A stretch of DNA of 64,000 nucleotides, taken from NCBI GenBank assembly GCA_004322365.1, contig SCTS01000006.1, forward strand, positions 4,777 to 68,776, given 5' to 3'. This stretch comes from Patescibacteria group bacterium (GTDB lineage Bacteria; Patescibacteriota; Minisyncoccia; Phycocordibacterales; Phycocordibacteraceae). Positions 28,442-37,429 of this stretch are shown here, piece after piece (positions within the stretch are counted from its first letter, which is position 1; the number at the start of each line of letters is the position of its first letter). The position numbers were made by a program, and so were the translations under genes. Under the pieces are notes generated by a model. It saw only the letters and a list, made by a program, of their open reading frames with translations, searched no databases and was not told where the DNA came from.

Positions 28442-28505
28442 ATTACCTAACTTCTAGCTTACAGGTGACAGCTTATAGGTTTTAGCTTTAAACTTCAACC
28501 TTTAT

Positions 28506-28541
28506 AACAAAAAACACCCTGCGGGAAGCAGGGTGTTTTTT
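28506..28541. terminator. bidirectional rho-independent terminator
   Basis: AAAAAA-CACCCTGC-ggga-AGCAGGGTG-TTTTTT. Confidence 0.75.
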
Positions 28542-28551
28542 AGAGTAAGAG

Positions 28552-29181
28552 TTAGTTTGCTTTTGCGGATGCCTCTGCATTCAAGGATGCAATAATGGCA
28601 TTTACTATTTGTGCTCGGGTTTCGTTTGAAACCTGAGCGCCAGCACCTGCTTTAATTTGAGCATTAGCTTTGAGTGAGGTTTCAATGTCGTTTTCAACTT
28701 TTGATACGCCACCAACAAGGAAGCTCCACCATGGCAACTTAACCGTTACCGTTACATTGCCATCAGCGTCACTCTTCACTTTTGTGTGAGATGTAATTTT
28801 CATTGGAATAAATCCCAAGAATCGCACCTTATGCTGGTATGCCACCTCTACACTACCGTCTTCATTGGCCTCAACGGCTTCAACGTTTTCATTCTTTGAT
28901 TCAACATCATCAGAGAATGATTTGAACTCAGTATCTACATCACCTGACATCTCTTCTTGATCATCAGAAACGTCAACTTTTACATTAGCAATTGTTTCAT
29001 TTTTTTCAGAGTCAGTTTCTATTCCAGTCGAACTCTTCACGTCTCCACGCACACCGACATCTACTGAGACACCGGAACCTGAGTTAGCCATAACTTCAGT
29101 GTTTCCATATAGAGACGCTGCTCCTACAGAAAGAGGAAGTACGAGAAGTGCGATAGGCAATAATTTTATAGCTGTTTTCAT
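28552..29181 (-). CDS. secreted acidic protein of unknown function
   Basis: Clear signal peptide (MKTAIKLLPIALLVLPLSVGAASLYG). No family recognised. Confidence 0.4.
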   Translation of the reverse strand: MKTAIKLLPIALLVLPLSVGAASLYGNTEVMANSGSGVSVDVGVRGDVKSSTGIETDSEKNETIANVKVDVSDDQEEMSGDVDTEFKSFSDDVESKNENVEAVEANEDGSVEVAYQHKVRFLGFIPMKITSHTKVKSDADGNVTVTVKLPWWSFLVGGVSKVENDIETSLKANAQIKAGAGAQVSNETRAQIVNAIIASLNAEASAKAN

Positions 29182-29298
29182 TTTATTAAATTACTTAAAA
29201 GACTTTTTAAATACCCCAAGACCTAGGGCACTAAAAGTATAAGACGGCTGTAGTAATGAACACTTACAGTGTTCCCGAATGCAATTTCTAGTTTTAAT

Positions 29299-29340
29299 TC
29301 CTGAAAGCTGAAAGCTGGAACCTGGAACCTGACACCTAGC
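29299..29340. repeat. degenerate heptamer tandem array (GCTGAAA GCTGAAA GCTGGAA CCTGGAA CCTGACA CCTAGCT)
   Basis: Read from sequence. Member of the leader-associated heptamer family (see findings). Confidence 0.6.
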
Positions 29341-30367
29341 TTTGAGCCAGTTCCATTATCGCGAGCTCTAAAGGCAACTGCGGAACGGGAGAACGAGGAA
29401 TTTCTATGGAAGCGAGGATGAACTTTCTGAGAGTTTCAGAATTTATTTTTGATTTTGTATCTTTAGCGAGAGCTTCCAAGAATGCTCGATCAGTATCAGC
29501 AAGATCGCTTGCGAGTTCTTTACCAAATTCAGGTGAGTAGCGAAGCATCAAAAGTACACGCAAGCGTTGAAGAAGAAGCATTGCAAACACATTCATGTCT
29601 GCATTCGCCTTCGTTGCCTCCCCTATTGCCTGAAGTGCGCCATCAGATTTCCCTTCACTTAAATCCATAATAACTTTCTCCACGAGCTCAAGGCGAGGCG
29701 CCCCAGTAACAAGCACTGCTTCTTCGACGCTTACTTTCTTATCCGAAGAGGACGCAAGGATTTTTTGAAGTGTTCCGTGTGCATCTCGAAATGATCCATC
29801 AGCAAGAAGTGAAATTAATTCTGCCGCTGCAGGTTCCAAGCTGAAGCCTTCAGCTTTTGCCACCCTTGTTACCATTTCCACCAAAACTTTCTGTGTAGGT
29901 TTTTTAAAAGTAAATACTTGGCAACGCGACTGAATAGTTTCAGGAACTTTTTCCAGCTCAGTAGTTGCGAGAATAAACACCACATGTGAAGGAGGCTCTT
30001 CAAGAATTTTCAAGAACGCATTGAAGGCACCTTTCGAGAGCATGTGCACTTCATCAATGATGTATACCTTCCGTGGTGACTCAAACGGCATCACAAACGC
30101 TTCTTCACGAAGCTGGCGAATATTATCAACACCTGTGTTTGAAGCGGCATCCATTTCATAGATATCACGCTCGCTTGCACCAAGCTCACGAGCAAGAATT
30201 CGAGCAACAGAAGTCTTCCCTGTTCCTCGAGAACCTATAAACAAATATGCATGCGCAGGATGTTTTTCTTTAAGCGCTCCTTCAAGCACTTTAACCACAT
30301 GATCTTGCCCCAAAACATCCTTGAATGTTGTAGGTCGGTATTTCCTGTAGAGAGAAAGATCTGACAT
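29336..30367 (-). CDS. dnaX: DNA polymerase III subunit gamma/tau (short form)
   Basis: YRKYRPTTFKDVLGQ, Walker A GSRGTGKTS, DEVHML box. Start trimmed to MSDLSLYRKY. Confidence 0.8.
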   Translation of the reverse strand: MSDLSLYRKYRPTTFKDVLGQDHVVKVLEGALKEKHPAHAYLFIGSRGTGKTSVARILARELGASERDIYEMDAASNTGVDNIRQLREEAFVMPFESPRKVYIIDEVHMLSKGAFNAFLKILEEPPSHVVFILATTELEKVPETIQSRCQVFTFKKPTQKVLVEMVTRVAKAEGFSLEPAAAELISLLADGSFRDAHGTLQKILASSSDKKVSVEEAVLVTGAPRLELVEKVIMDLSEGKSDGALQAIGEATKANADMNVFAMLLLQRLRVLLMLRYSPEFGKELASDLADTDRAFLEALAKDTKSKINSETLRKFILASIEIPRSPVPQLPLELAIMELAQS

Positions 30368-30750
30368 TTGCCCAAAGTATAACAGAATACCCAGTTGGGT
30401 TTTCAACTCAAATGTTTCCTCTATTTCCCAGTCTCGCTAACTCAGCTTCTGCACCCTTCCAGCCCGCTTCATCCTTTTCTTTCAAGTTACCCCCAATTCT
30501 CCCGTTACGAAAAATGCCGTTCGGGCCAATAATAAAACGATAAAACACACCTCCGAGCTGTATATTTCTTGCTATCTCTTTTCCTGGCTCATTCATAGAC
30601 GAATAATGGATTAATCAATACAAAAGGTCAAATTACCGTATTTTAATTACGACCCCACTTCCCTCTGCCTCTCACTCATTCTCACAACACACATATATAC
30701 CCCTTATTCGCACTAATAAGGGGTATATATTCAAAAAAGTTTTCCGTGAG

Positions 30751-31074
30751 TTATTGCGACTTAACAATTTTCTTGGCGACCGCTCCAACAAAAAGACGAT
30801 ACGCTGGCCGGTCCTCCTTTTTGTATGTAATGAGTGCACCAAGAACTCTTTCACAGTGTTCACAAACTAACTGCTTCGCGGTTCGAGTAGATTCTGGAAT
30901 CATCCTATCGGTATACAGACGCTTCAACATTCCCGGTCCATCTTTTTGATAGAGACAAATCACAGCCTTGCAACCCTCACACGAAAGCTCTAGCAAGCGT
31001 GAATACCCACCTCTCGTACGCCGATAGGCATCCTTTTTGAATACAATCGATTTCTTTACACTTTTTCTTTTCAT
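30751..31074 (-). CDS. zinc-ribbon-like protein, paralog 1 of 33201-33533
   Basis: Two CxxC pairs (CEGC..CEHC). Shares ELSCxxC..YQKDG.G.L.R.Y..R ... AYRL with the paralog. Confidence 0.4.
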   Translation of the reverse strand: MKRKSVKKSIVFKKDAYRRTRGGYSRLLELSCEGCKAVICLYQKDGPGMLKRLYTDRMIPESTRTAKQLVCEHCERVLGALITYKKEDRPAYRLFVGAVAKKIVKSQ

Positions 31075-31098
31075 ACTGTATATCCAAGGTACCACGCA

Positions 31099-31656
31099 CT
31101 ATTCCTTTGACTCTTTCGTTAGACTCTCCAAGTACCCCCTATAGATTGTTTCCGCGACTTCCTTAGTGTGCCCCTCATGATTAACGACAGAAAGTTCAAA
31201 TGTCTCCTTACTCTCGCCCATTCTTTCTATCTCCTCTTCACTCTCCCTCATTCTCTCTGGTCTACTCTTCAAGCGTTCCCGTAATATTTCTAGAGAAGGT
31301 GGGTATACATACACTATATAGAGTTGACCGGGAAATATTTTTTTTACTACATCAAGTCGAGAAATAGGAAAATCAAGAACAGGAAAATTACCAGAATCAA
31401 AAGCATCTACTATAGGTTCATATGGTGTACCGTAGCTAATCCCATACAATTCATTAACTATAACGAATTTACCTGCATCTTCTAATTCTTTAAAAGTCTC
31501 CTTGTCCACACTTACCTTCTCATCCTCTCCTTCCCGCAACGGGCGAGTCATAAAAGGAGAAATGTATACGAAGCGAGGGTCTAATTTTTTCAATTCATTT
31601 ATTATGGTGCTTTTCCCAACCCCCGATGCACCAAGTAGAAGCAAGAATTTACTCAT
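31099..31656 (-). CDS. guanylate-kinase-like P-loop nucleoside-monophosphate kinase
   Basis: GASGVGKST Walker A, TRPLREGE (compare Gmk TRxPRxGE), ..YGISYGTP. Divergent. Confidence 0.5.
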   Translation of the reverse strand: MSKFLLLLGASGVGKSTIINELKKLDPRFVYISPFMTRPLREGEDEKVSVDKETFKELEDAGKFVIVNELYGISYGTPYEPIVDAFDSGNFPVLDFPISRLDVVKKIFPGQLYIVYVYPPSLEILRERLKSRPERMRESEEEIERMGESKETFELSVVNHEGHTKEVAETIYRGYLESLTKESKE

Positions 31657-32488
31657 TTCGAAATTTATTAACCTCATCTTTCATTCGATTCAATTCAACA
31701 GCAACATTATCGCGCCAATTTTTATCTTCTGTGCTATACGGATACAGAATTTTTCGAGATGAATTAATGAATACACCTCTTTTTTTACTGTCTAAAAAAT
31801 CAGTAATGTTCGTTGCATCCCCACCCTGTGCGCCGTATCCAGCTAACAAAATAGGTATATCGTCCGGGATACTAGAGCGTGGGCTTGTAGAATACTCCGC
31901 AAGCGAAGAAAGCACCGGGATAAGATTCTGAGCAGTATTCCATTCATTCACAGTTAAATCGAGTACATGTTCCCACATTTTTCTCCCGTCGAGCGCTGGT
32001 AAATCTTGAACGGAACTATCATTACTTGTCTTTACAAGAACAATGCCTGCTTTCTCGGGCCGATTTCTCACAATGTTTAAAACGTCTTCTCCCATATATG
32101 GGTTCAAGACAACTCCGTCAGCATCCAACTCATCAAAAATAAGTGACCCGTATGCTTCCATCGTATTATCAATGTCGCCAATTTTACAATCTACAAAAAC
32201 AGGTATGTCAGAATACTTTAGGTGTATATATTGAATAATATTTTTTAAAAGTGAGTGCCCCTGTGGATACAAATCAAAAAATGCTTTCTGAATTTTATAC
32301 GAGCACACACCTTCGCCTGTAATGTCGACAATGGTTGTCAAAAAACTATAGATTTTCTCTTCGCGATTTTCGATAGCAGAATCACGTGTGTATTCCTCTG
32401 GCATTTTTGACCAATCAGGGTCAAGACCTACACAAATAAGCGAATCGTTCTTCACCATTGCTCTGTCAAGCTTTTCAAGAGTACTCAT
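31649..32488 (-). CDS. pyrF: orotidine-5'-phosphate decarboxylase (long type 2 form)
   Basis: LICVGLDPD and FVDCKIGDIDNTM (K-x-x-D-I-x-x-T) motifs. Confidence 0.8.
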   Translation of the reverse strand: MSTLEKLDRAMVKNDSLICVGLDPDWSKMPEEYTRDSAIENREEKIYSFLTTIVDITGEGVCSYKIQKAFFDLYPQGHSLLKNIIQYIHLKYSDIPVFVDCKIGDIDNTMEAYGSLIFDELDADGVVLNPYMGEDVLNIVRNRPEKAGIVLVKTSNDSSVQDLPALDGRKMWEHVLDLTVNEWNTAQNLIPVLSSLAEYSTSPRSSIPDDIPILLAGYGAQGGDATNITDFLDSKKRGVFINSSRKILYPYSTEDKNWRDNVAVELNRMKDEVNKFRNE

Positions 32489-33204
32489 ACAAGATTGAGA
32501 TGTCCTAATTTGTCTTGCTTGGCACGCAAATGTGGCTCCGTAAGCTCGGTAGGCTGAATAACCACTGGCATTACCTCATGAATCGTATAACCGTTCTCAG
32601 CAAAAACTTGCATTTTCTTTGGGTTATTTGTAGCCAACTCAATCTTCGTTGATGTTGGTATATTGAAAAATTTCAAAATTGCAATTACACCACGGTAACT
32701 TCTAACATCTATTTCGCCATGAGTTAAAGAATGTGCGGCATCAACGGTATCTAAGCCGAGATCGTGCTGCAGTAATAATGTAGCAAGTTTAAATGCCAAA
32801 CCTTTACCGCGTCCATCTTGCTGAGGTATGTGTACAATCATACCCTCTCCCTTTGCCTGTATATCTTCCATTGTTTTGTGAAGCTGATCTTTGCAGTCAC
32901 ATGTTCTATCCCCAAAAACCTGACCAGTCTCACAGCCGGAGTCTATACGAATCGTTAATAAGTCTCTATTTCTAAAAACAGGAGAAAGAGATTGATCTAA
33001 TTCTGCATTAATAAGCACAGAATATTTCTGCCACTTATCACTTACTCTAAATAAAAACTGATGAAACATACCCTCCTCAGGCTTAATTATGCCCACCCCC
33101 TCTCTTTTGACTGTAATGTTGTGCACTTTACCAGCCTCAGTAACAGACACACGCCTCTTGATTGGGCGCATGCTTAATTTTGCTCTTTCAAGTGATTCAC
33201 TCAT
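32485..33204 (-). CDS. GTP cyclohydrolase II (RibA)-like enzyme
   Basis: Zinc motif C-x2-G-x8-C-x-C (SGCETGQVFGDRTCDCKDQL) with RibA spacing. Embedded in the pyrimidine cluster. Confidence 0.6.
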   Translation of the reverse strand: MSESLERAKLSMRPIKRRVSVTEAGKVHNITVKREGVGIIKPEEGMFHQFLFRVSDKWQKYSVLINAELDQSLSPVFRNRDLLTIRIDSGCETGQVFGDRTCDCKDQLHKTMEDIQAKGEGMIVHIPQQDGRGKGLAFKLATLLLQHDLGLDTVDAAHSLTHGEIDVRSYRGVIAILKFFNIPTSTKIELATNNPKKMQVFAENGYTIHEVMPVVIQPTELTEPHLRAKQDKLGHLNLV

Positions 33205-33533
33205 GATATATGGTTCTTTTTTGAAAATCGTCCTCGAATAAGGCGATATGCCAATCTGTCGTCTATATGTCGCATAGGTAGCCCAATAATGGAATCGCAA
33301 GAAATACAAGAAAAATTTGGCATATCTCGCTGGTCGACTATATCAGCGTCATATTGAAGGTTGGCATATGTATCGGGCCAAAAAATACGATTTAAGTAGC
33401 AACGGAACAAACTACCGCTACCGTCTTTTTGATAAACAAGCGTCTTTTCTTGACATGCAGTGCAAGACAATTCAATAAATTTTCCAAAACCCTCCCTAGC
33501 TCTGAAATACTTATCTTTTTTTAATTCGAAGCT
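33201..33533 (-). CDS. zinc-ribbon-like protein, paralog 2
   Basis: CTAC..CISC pairs; conserved blocks shared with 30751-31074. Start at MSFELKKDKYF. Confidence 0.4.
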   Translation of the reverse strand, partial: SFELKKDKYFRAREGFGKFIELSCTACQEKTLVYQKDGSGSLFRCYLNRIFWPDTYANLQYDADIVDQRDMPNFSCISCDSIIGLPMRHIDDRLAYRLIRGRFSKKNHIS

Positions 33534-33666
33534 CATTTTGTTTGAATGTAATATTCTGCTCTTTTTTTGAATACTGTCAAGTCTCACCAATTCCACACTA
33601 TCTTGGCGCTTTAATAACGATTCGTTTAAACAGAGCAAGATGGGAGGTGATGGTAGAATATCTGGA

Positions 33667-34737
33667 ATGGATTCAATAACCATCCGCAAACCCGACGATT
33701 GGCATGTGCACCTCCGAGACGGTGCAATGCTTGAAGCCGTTCTGCCATTTACTGCTCGTACCTTTGGACGAGCCATTGTAATGCCAAACCTCTCACCAAA
33801 CCCCGTCACCACAACTCTTGAGCTACAAGCATACAGAGAACGAATTGCTGAAGTAATTAAAGCGTATCCAAAATTCACACCTTTGATGACCTACTACCTC
33901 ACCGATAATTCTTCGGCGGAAGAAATCGCAAGCGGTTTTACGAATGGCATCGCTTCAGCAGTAAAGGCGTACCCAGCCGGTGCAACTACCAACTCAGCGC
34001 AAGGCGTTACCGACATTCGAAAAGTATATGAGGTACTTGAAGCCATGCAAAAAATTGGCATGCCCATTCTTATGCATGGAGAGACACTAAAAGATGAGAA
34101 TGGAAATATTATTGACCCATTTGATCGTGAGAAGGTATTTCTCGACACCACCCTTCCCACAATTCTCAAAAATTTTCCAGAATTGAAAATAGTTTTAGAG
34201 CACGCAACCACAAAAGATGCCGTGGACTTTGTACGAAATGAAAACAGTAACCGCCTTGGCTCAACAGTGACCATCCACCACCTCATGGAAAACAAAGCGG
34301 ATGTAGAGCATAGCGAGGAACCTGCATACCTTCACTGTATGCCAGTTATAAAAAACGAAGCGAACCAAAAGGCACTTCGGGAAGCCGTAACATCGGGTGA
34401 TTCACACTTCTTCCTCGGTACTGACTCAGCGCCACATCCAGTGTCTTCAAAAGAAAAAACTCCACCAGCGGCCGGTATCTTTACTGTTCCTTCAGCAATA
34501 GAGCTCTATACACAAGTGTTTGAAGAGATGGGAAAACTTGAAAACTTAGAAACATTTGCATCACTCAACGGCGCACAGTTTTATGGCCTTCCACCGAACG
34601 AAGAAACCATCACTCTTACTAAAAACCCTTGGACTATTGATTCACTGGTACACGTTTCAAACGGCGAAACCATTCGCCCTTTTGGCTACACCGAAGACCC
34701 AACGAAGCGCCTTCAAATCCAATGGAAGATTTCCTAA
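33667..34737 (+). CDS. pyrC: dihydroorotase (class II, E. coli type)
   Basis: IRKPDDWHVHLRDG N-terminal metal-binding motif; size about 355 aa. Confidence 0.85.
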   Translation: MDSITIRKPDDWHVHLRDGAMLEAVLPFTARTFGRAIVMPNLSPNPVTTTLELQAYRERIAEVIKAYPKFTPLMTYYLTDNSSAEEIASGFTNGIASAVKAYPAGATTNSAQGVTDIRKVYEVLEAMQKIGMPILMHGETLKDENGNIIDPFDREKVFLDTTLPTILKNFPELKIVLEHATTKDAVDFVRNENSNRLGSTVTIHHLMENKADVEHSEEPAYLHCMPVIKNEANQKALREAVTSGDSHFFLGTDSAPHPVSSKEKTPPAAGIFTVPSAIELYTQVFEEMGKLENLETFASLNGAQFYGLPPNEETITLTKNPWTIDSLVHVSNGETIRPFGYTEDPTKRLQIQWKIS

Positions 34738-34741
34738 GCGC

Positions 34742-35641
34742 TTAACCAAGCAACAATTTCAAAAGTGCCATGCGCACAAGAACACCGTACTCTGCTTGCT
34801 TGAAATAGACTGCGTGCGGTGAGTCATCAACTTCAGGAGTTATCTCACCTGCCCGTGGAAGTGGATGAATGAGTATAGAGCCTTCTTTCATCTGATCAAC
34901 CAATGCGCGATCAATAACATACTTACCGCGAAGCTTTTCATACTGATCGTGATCGGGAATCCACTCTTCCGCAATACGTGTTTGATAGACAACATCGGCC
35001 TCGCGCATTGCTCCTACTAAATCATCTGTTTCAGTAAACTGAACACCTCTCTCTTTCAAATACTCTTTCACATCGTCTTTCATAGCAAGCTCGGGGCCAG
35101 ACACGAATGTCATTTTTACATTGTTGTATTTGGCGAGAAGATATGCGAGCGAACGAGCGGCACGATAATACGCGAGATTGCCGACGAATGCGATGTGAAA
35201 ATCATCAGTGCGACCTATCTCACGAAAAATAGTATACAAATCAAGAAAGGCCTGTGTTGGATGCTGACCGATACCATCTCCACCATTAATGACGGAGACT
35301 TCCGAAACAGCACCAGCCCTCGCGAGCATTCCCACTTCTGGATGACGAAGAACAATCACATCGGCGTAGTTGTCTACGATACGAACAGTGTCTTCAATAG
35401 TCTCCCCTTTGGTTGAAGAGGACGACTCACTTGCATTCTCCATTGAAATAACATGACCGCCGAGCCGATACATTGCTGATTCAAAACTTAAACGAGTGCG
35501 GGTGGATGGCGCAAAAAATAACGACGCCATTATCTTTCCATCAAGATCCTTTGTGCGCCTCCCTTCAAGAGAAGTCGCAACCTGAAAAAGATTATTTAGT
35601 GCTTCGCGATCAAACTGCTGAGTTTCGAGTATATGTTGCAT
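34742..35641 (-). CDS. pyrB: aspartate carbamoyltransferase catalytic subunit
   Basis: STRTR carbamoyl-phosphate motif (FFAPSTRTRLSFE), HPLPR motif. Confidence 0.9.
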   Translation of the reverse strand: MQHILETQQFDREALNNLFQVATSLEGRRTKDLDGKIMASLFFAPSTRTRLSFESAMYRLGGHVISMENASESSSSTKGETIEDTVRIVDNYADVIVLRHPEVGMLARAGAVSEVSVINGGDGIGQHPTQAFLDLYTIFREIGRTDDFHIAFVGNLAYYRAARSLAYLLAKYNNVKMTFVSGPELAMKDDVKEYLKERGVQFTETDDLVGAMREADVVYQTRIAEEWIPDHDQYEKLRGKYVIDRALVDQMKEGSILIHPLPRAGEITPEVDDSPHAVYFKQAEYGVLVRMALLKLLLG

Positions 35642-35644
35642 AAA

Positions 35645-35698
35645 CTAGGTGTTAGGGGTTAGCGTTTAGGCGATGCTTCATCGGATCCGTAGGGATCA
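35645..35698. repeat. leader element: heptamer array plus conserved 33-bp two-hairpin block (TGATCCCTACGGATCCGATGAAGCATCGCCTAA in gene sense)
   Basis: Near-identical 33-bp block recurs inverted at 42827-42859. Confidence 0.6.
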
Positions 35699-35712
35699 CT
35701 TAGAAATAAAAA

Positions 35713-36789
35713 CTACGAGGTTTCGGGAAACTTAATCTCTTTTGCTAAGTTTGTATTCCACATGGCGCCAGTTGCACTCATGACAATGTCAGCTCCAGCG
35801 TGCAAGTACTCAGCATAGTCAGCGGGGGTAGTCACACCACCAACGCCGCAAATTTTAAATGTACCCCCACTAGAATCTCGAGCACTTTTCAGGCGCTGCA
35901 CCATCTCGAGCCCTGCCCATTTGATGGATGCGCCACATACACCTGAGCGTGAACGATTTGGCCCTGGGAGTGCCTGCTCGCCTTTTTCATCTACAATAGT
36001 TGCCTGCACTGTGTTGATAGCGGAAACACCGTTTGCATATTTTTCAGCAATTTCAGCGAGACGCACAACGTCTTCATTGTTTTTGTAATAGCCAACTTTG
36101 AGCATCAGCGGTGTTGAACCAATGACGGCACGCAATCCTTCACAGACTTTTTCCGTAACATCCAAGTTGTAGCAAACCAAGCCTTCGTTGCCGATGTTAG
36201 GACATGAAAGATTCACTTCCAAAACTTTTGCTCCTGTCTTCGCCGCAAGAGATCCTGCAAGAACATAGTCATCAATAAATTCATTTTGGCTTTGATCTGC
36301 TTTCACGGTACCCATAAAACTAAGTACAGCGAGCTGACCTTTTTTCTCATAGACAATAGCTTTCTTAAAATCATCCTGCCACACAGGTGTTTCTTTTGAG
36401 GGGACGCCAAATGAGTTGGTGATGGAAATAGGCTCAGTGTAATTAACATCTGCCACCAAGGCTTCTGCTTGCGCACGCTCTAGCGTGAGGTGTTCCCCCG
36501 GATGTACCGCAAGTACATTAGGAAATGGATGGCACGGGTAAGCGCCACTTCGTATTGTTTTATAAACTGCGATATCAAAACCAGTATCAAACGCACCCTT
36601 CATGAATGCGCTATTTAAAAGTGGGCCAGCAGGAATACCGAATGGTGTGTAGACTTTATACCCAAAAACATCATGCATTGGCTCGCCTTTCTCTTCATAA
36701 GCTGGAGCGTTTTTAAATCCTCCAAACGGACCATCTGTATAGTTTTCTTCGTATGACTTCGTGGGATCATAAAAGCTCGTAGTGGTCAT
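35713..36789 (-). CDS. pyrD: dihydroorotate dehydrogenase
   Basis: NLSCPN active-site motif, FMN-binding TIM-barrel pattern, N-terminal extension. Start trimmed to avoid overlap with pyrE. Confidence 0.8.
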   Translation of the reverse strand: MTTTSFYDPTKSYEENYTDGPFGGFKNAPAYEEKGEPMHDVFGYKVYTPFGIPAGPLLNSAFMKGAFDTGFDIAVYKTIRSGAYPCHPFPNVLAVHPGEHLTLERAQAEALVADVNYTEPISITNSFGVPSKETPVWQDDFKKAIVYEKKGQLAVLSFMGTVKADQSQNEFIDDYVLAGSLAAKTGAKVLEVNLSCPNIGNEGLVCYNLDVTEKVCEGLRAVIGSTPLMLKVGYYKNNEDVVRLAEIAEKYANGVSAINTVQATIVDEKGEQALPGPNRSRSGVCGASIKWAGLEMVQRLKSARDSSGGTFKICGVGGVTTPADYAEYLHAGADIVMSATGAMWNTNLAKEIKFPETS

Positions 36790-36790
36790 A

Positions 36791-37429
36791 TTATTGAGTG
36801 TACTCTTTAAGGTATTTCGCACCGTGACCAAGTTCAGTATTGATAGGAATTTTTTTCAACCATTCTGGAACCTCGTTTTCCGCATACGCATCAAGGGGCA
36901 TAAGTGAGAGAGAGTGGAATGGAACCCCAAGCAATTCTTGAATCAGTGTATCGGTTGAATTTCTGTTTATGAGTGCAACTGCCCCCACCACCTCACCACC
37001 TACTGCCTGCACCGCCTGAACAACCCCGTTGATTGATTTTCCAGTGTTGACGACATCTTCAATCACCACAACCCTCTTTCCTTTAACCACTGCGTCGTAC
37101 CCGCGCTTTGTAATAGACTGAATTCCATCAATTGATTCTGTGTAGGCACTCAAAACCTCTCTTCCTAAAAGCGCACTCATATGAAATGCCATCCACTGCG
37201 AGAGTGCTATGCCGCCAGTTGCAGGAGCTACGATGACATCGGGATTCCAATCAACGACCTTCTTTGCAAGTACTTCACACAGGCGTGAGGTAAGAGCAAC
37301 GTGGATAAGAATTTTATTTTTATTTATGTATACAGACAAATGCTTTCCTGACGTACCGATAAAATGGCCTTCAGTGATAGCTCCCGCCTCTTTTAGTATG
37401 TGAGTAATGTCGTCCATATTCCTCACCAT
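36791..37429 (-). CDS. pyrE: orotate phosphoribosyltransferase
   Basis: PRPP-binding motif VVVIEDVVNTGKS. Confidence 0.85.
   Translation of the reverse strand: MVRNMDDITHILKEAGAITEGHFIGTSGKHLSVYINKNKILIHVALTSRLCEVLAKKVVDWNPDVIVAPATGGIALSQWMAFHMSALLGREVLSAYTESIDGIQSITKRGYDAVVKGKRVVVIEDVVNTGKSINGVVQAVQAVGGEVVGAVALINRNSTDTLIQELLGVPFHSLSLMPLDAYAENEVPEWLKKIPINTELGHGAKYLKEYTQ

Noticed and set aside
20186-28500. Integrase or recombinase marking the island
   Set aside because: No ORF with tyrosine- or serine-recombinase motifs found in or near the island within this window.
30408-30596. 62-aa ORF upstream of dnaX
   Set aside because: Glycine/Asn-rich with no motif; might be a genuine small protein given the tight spacing, but the evidence is insufficient.
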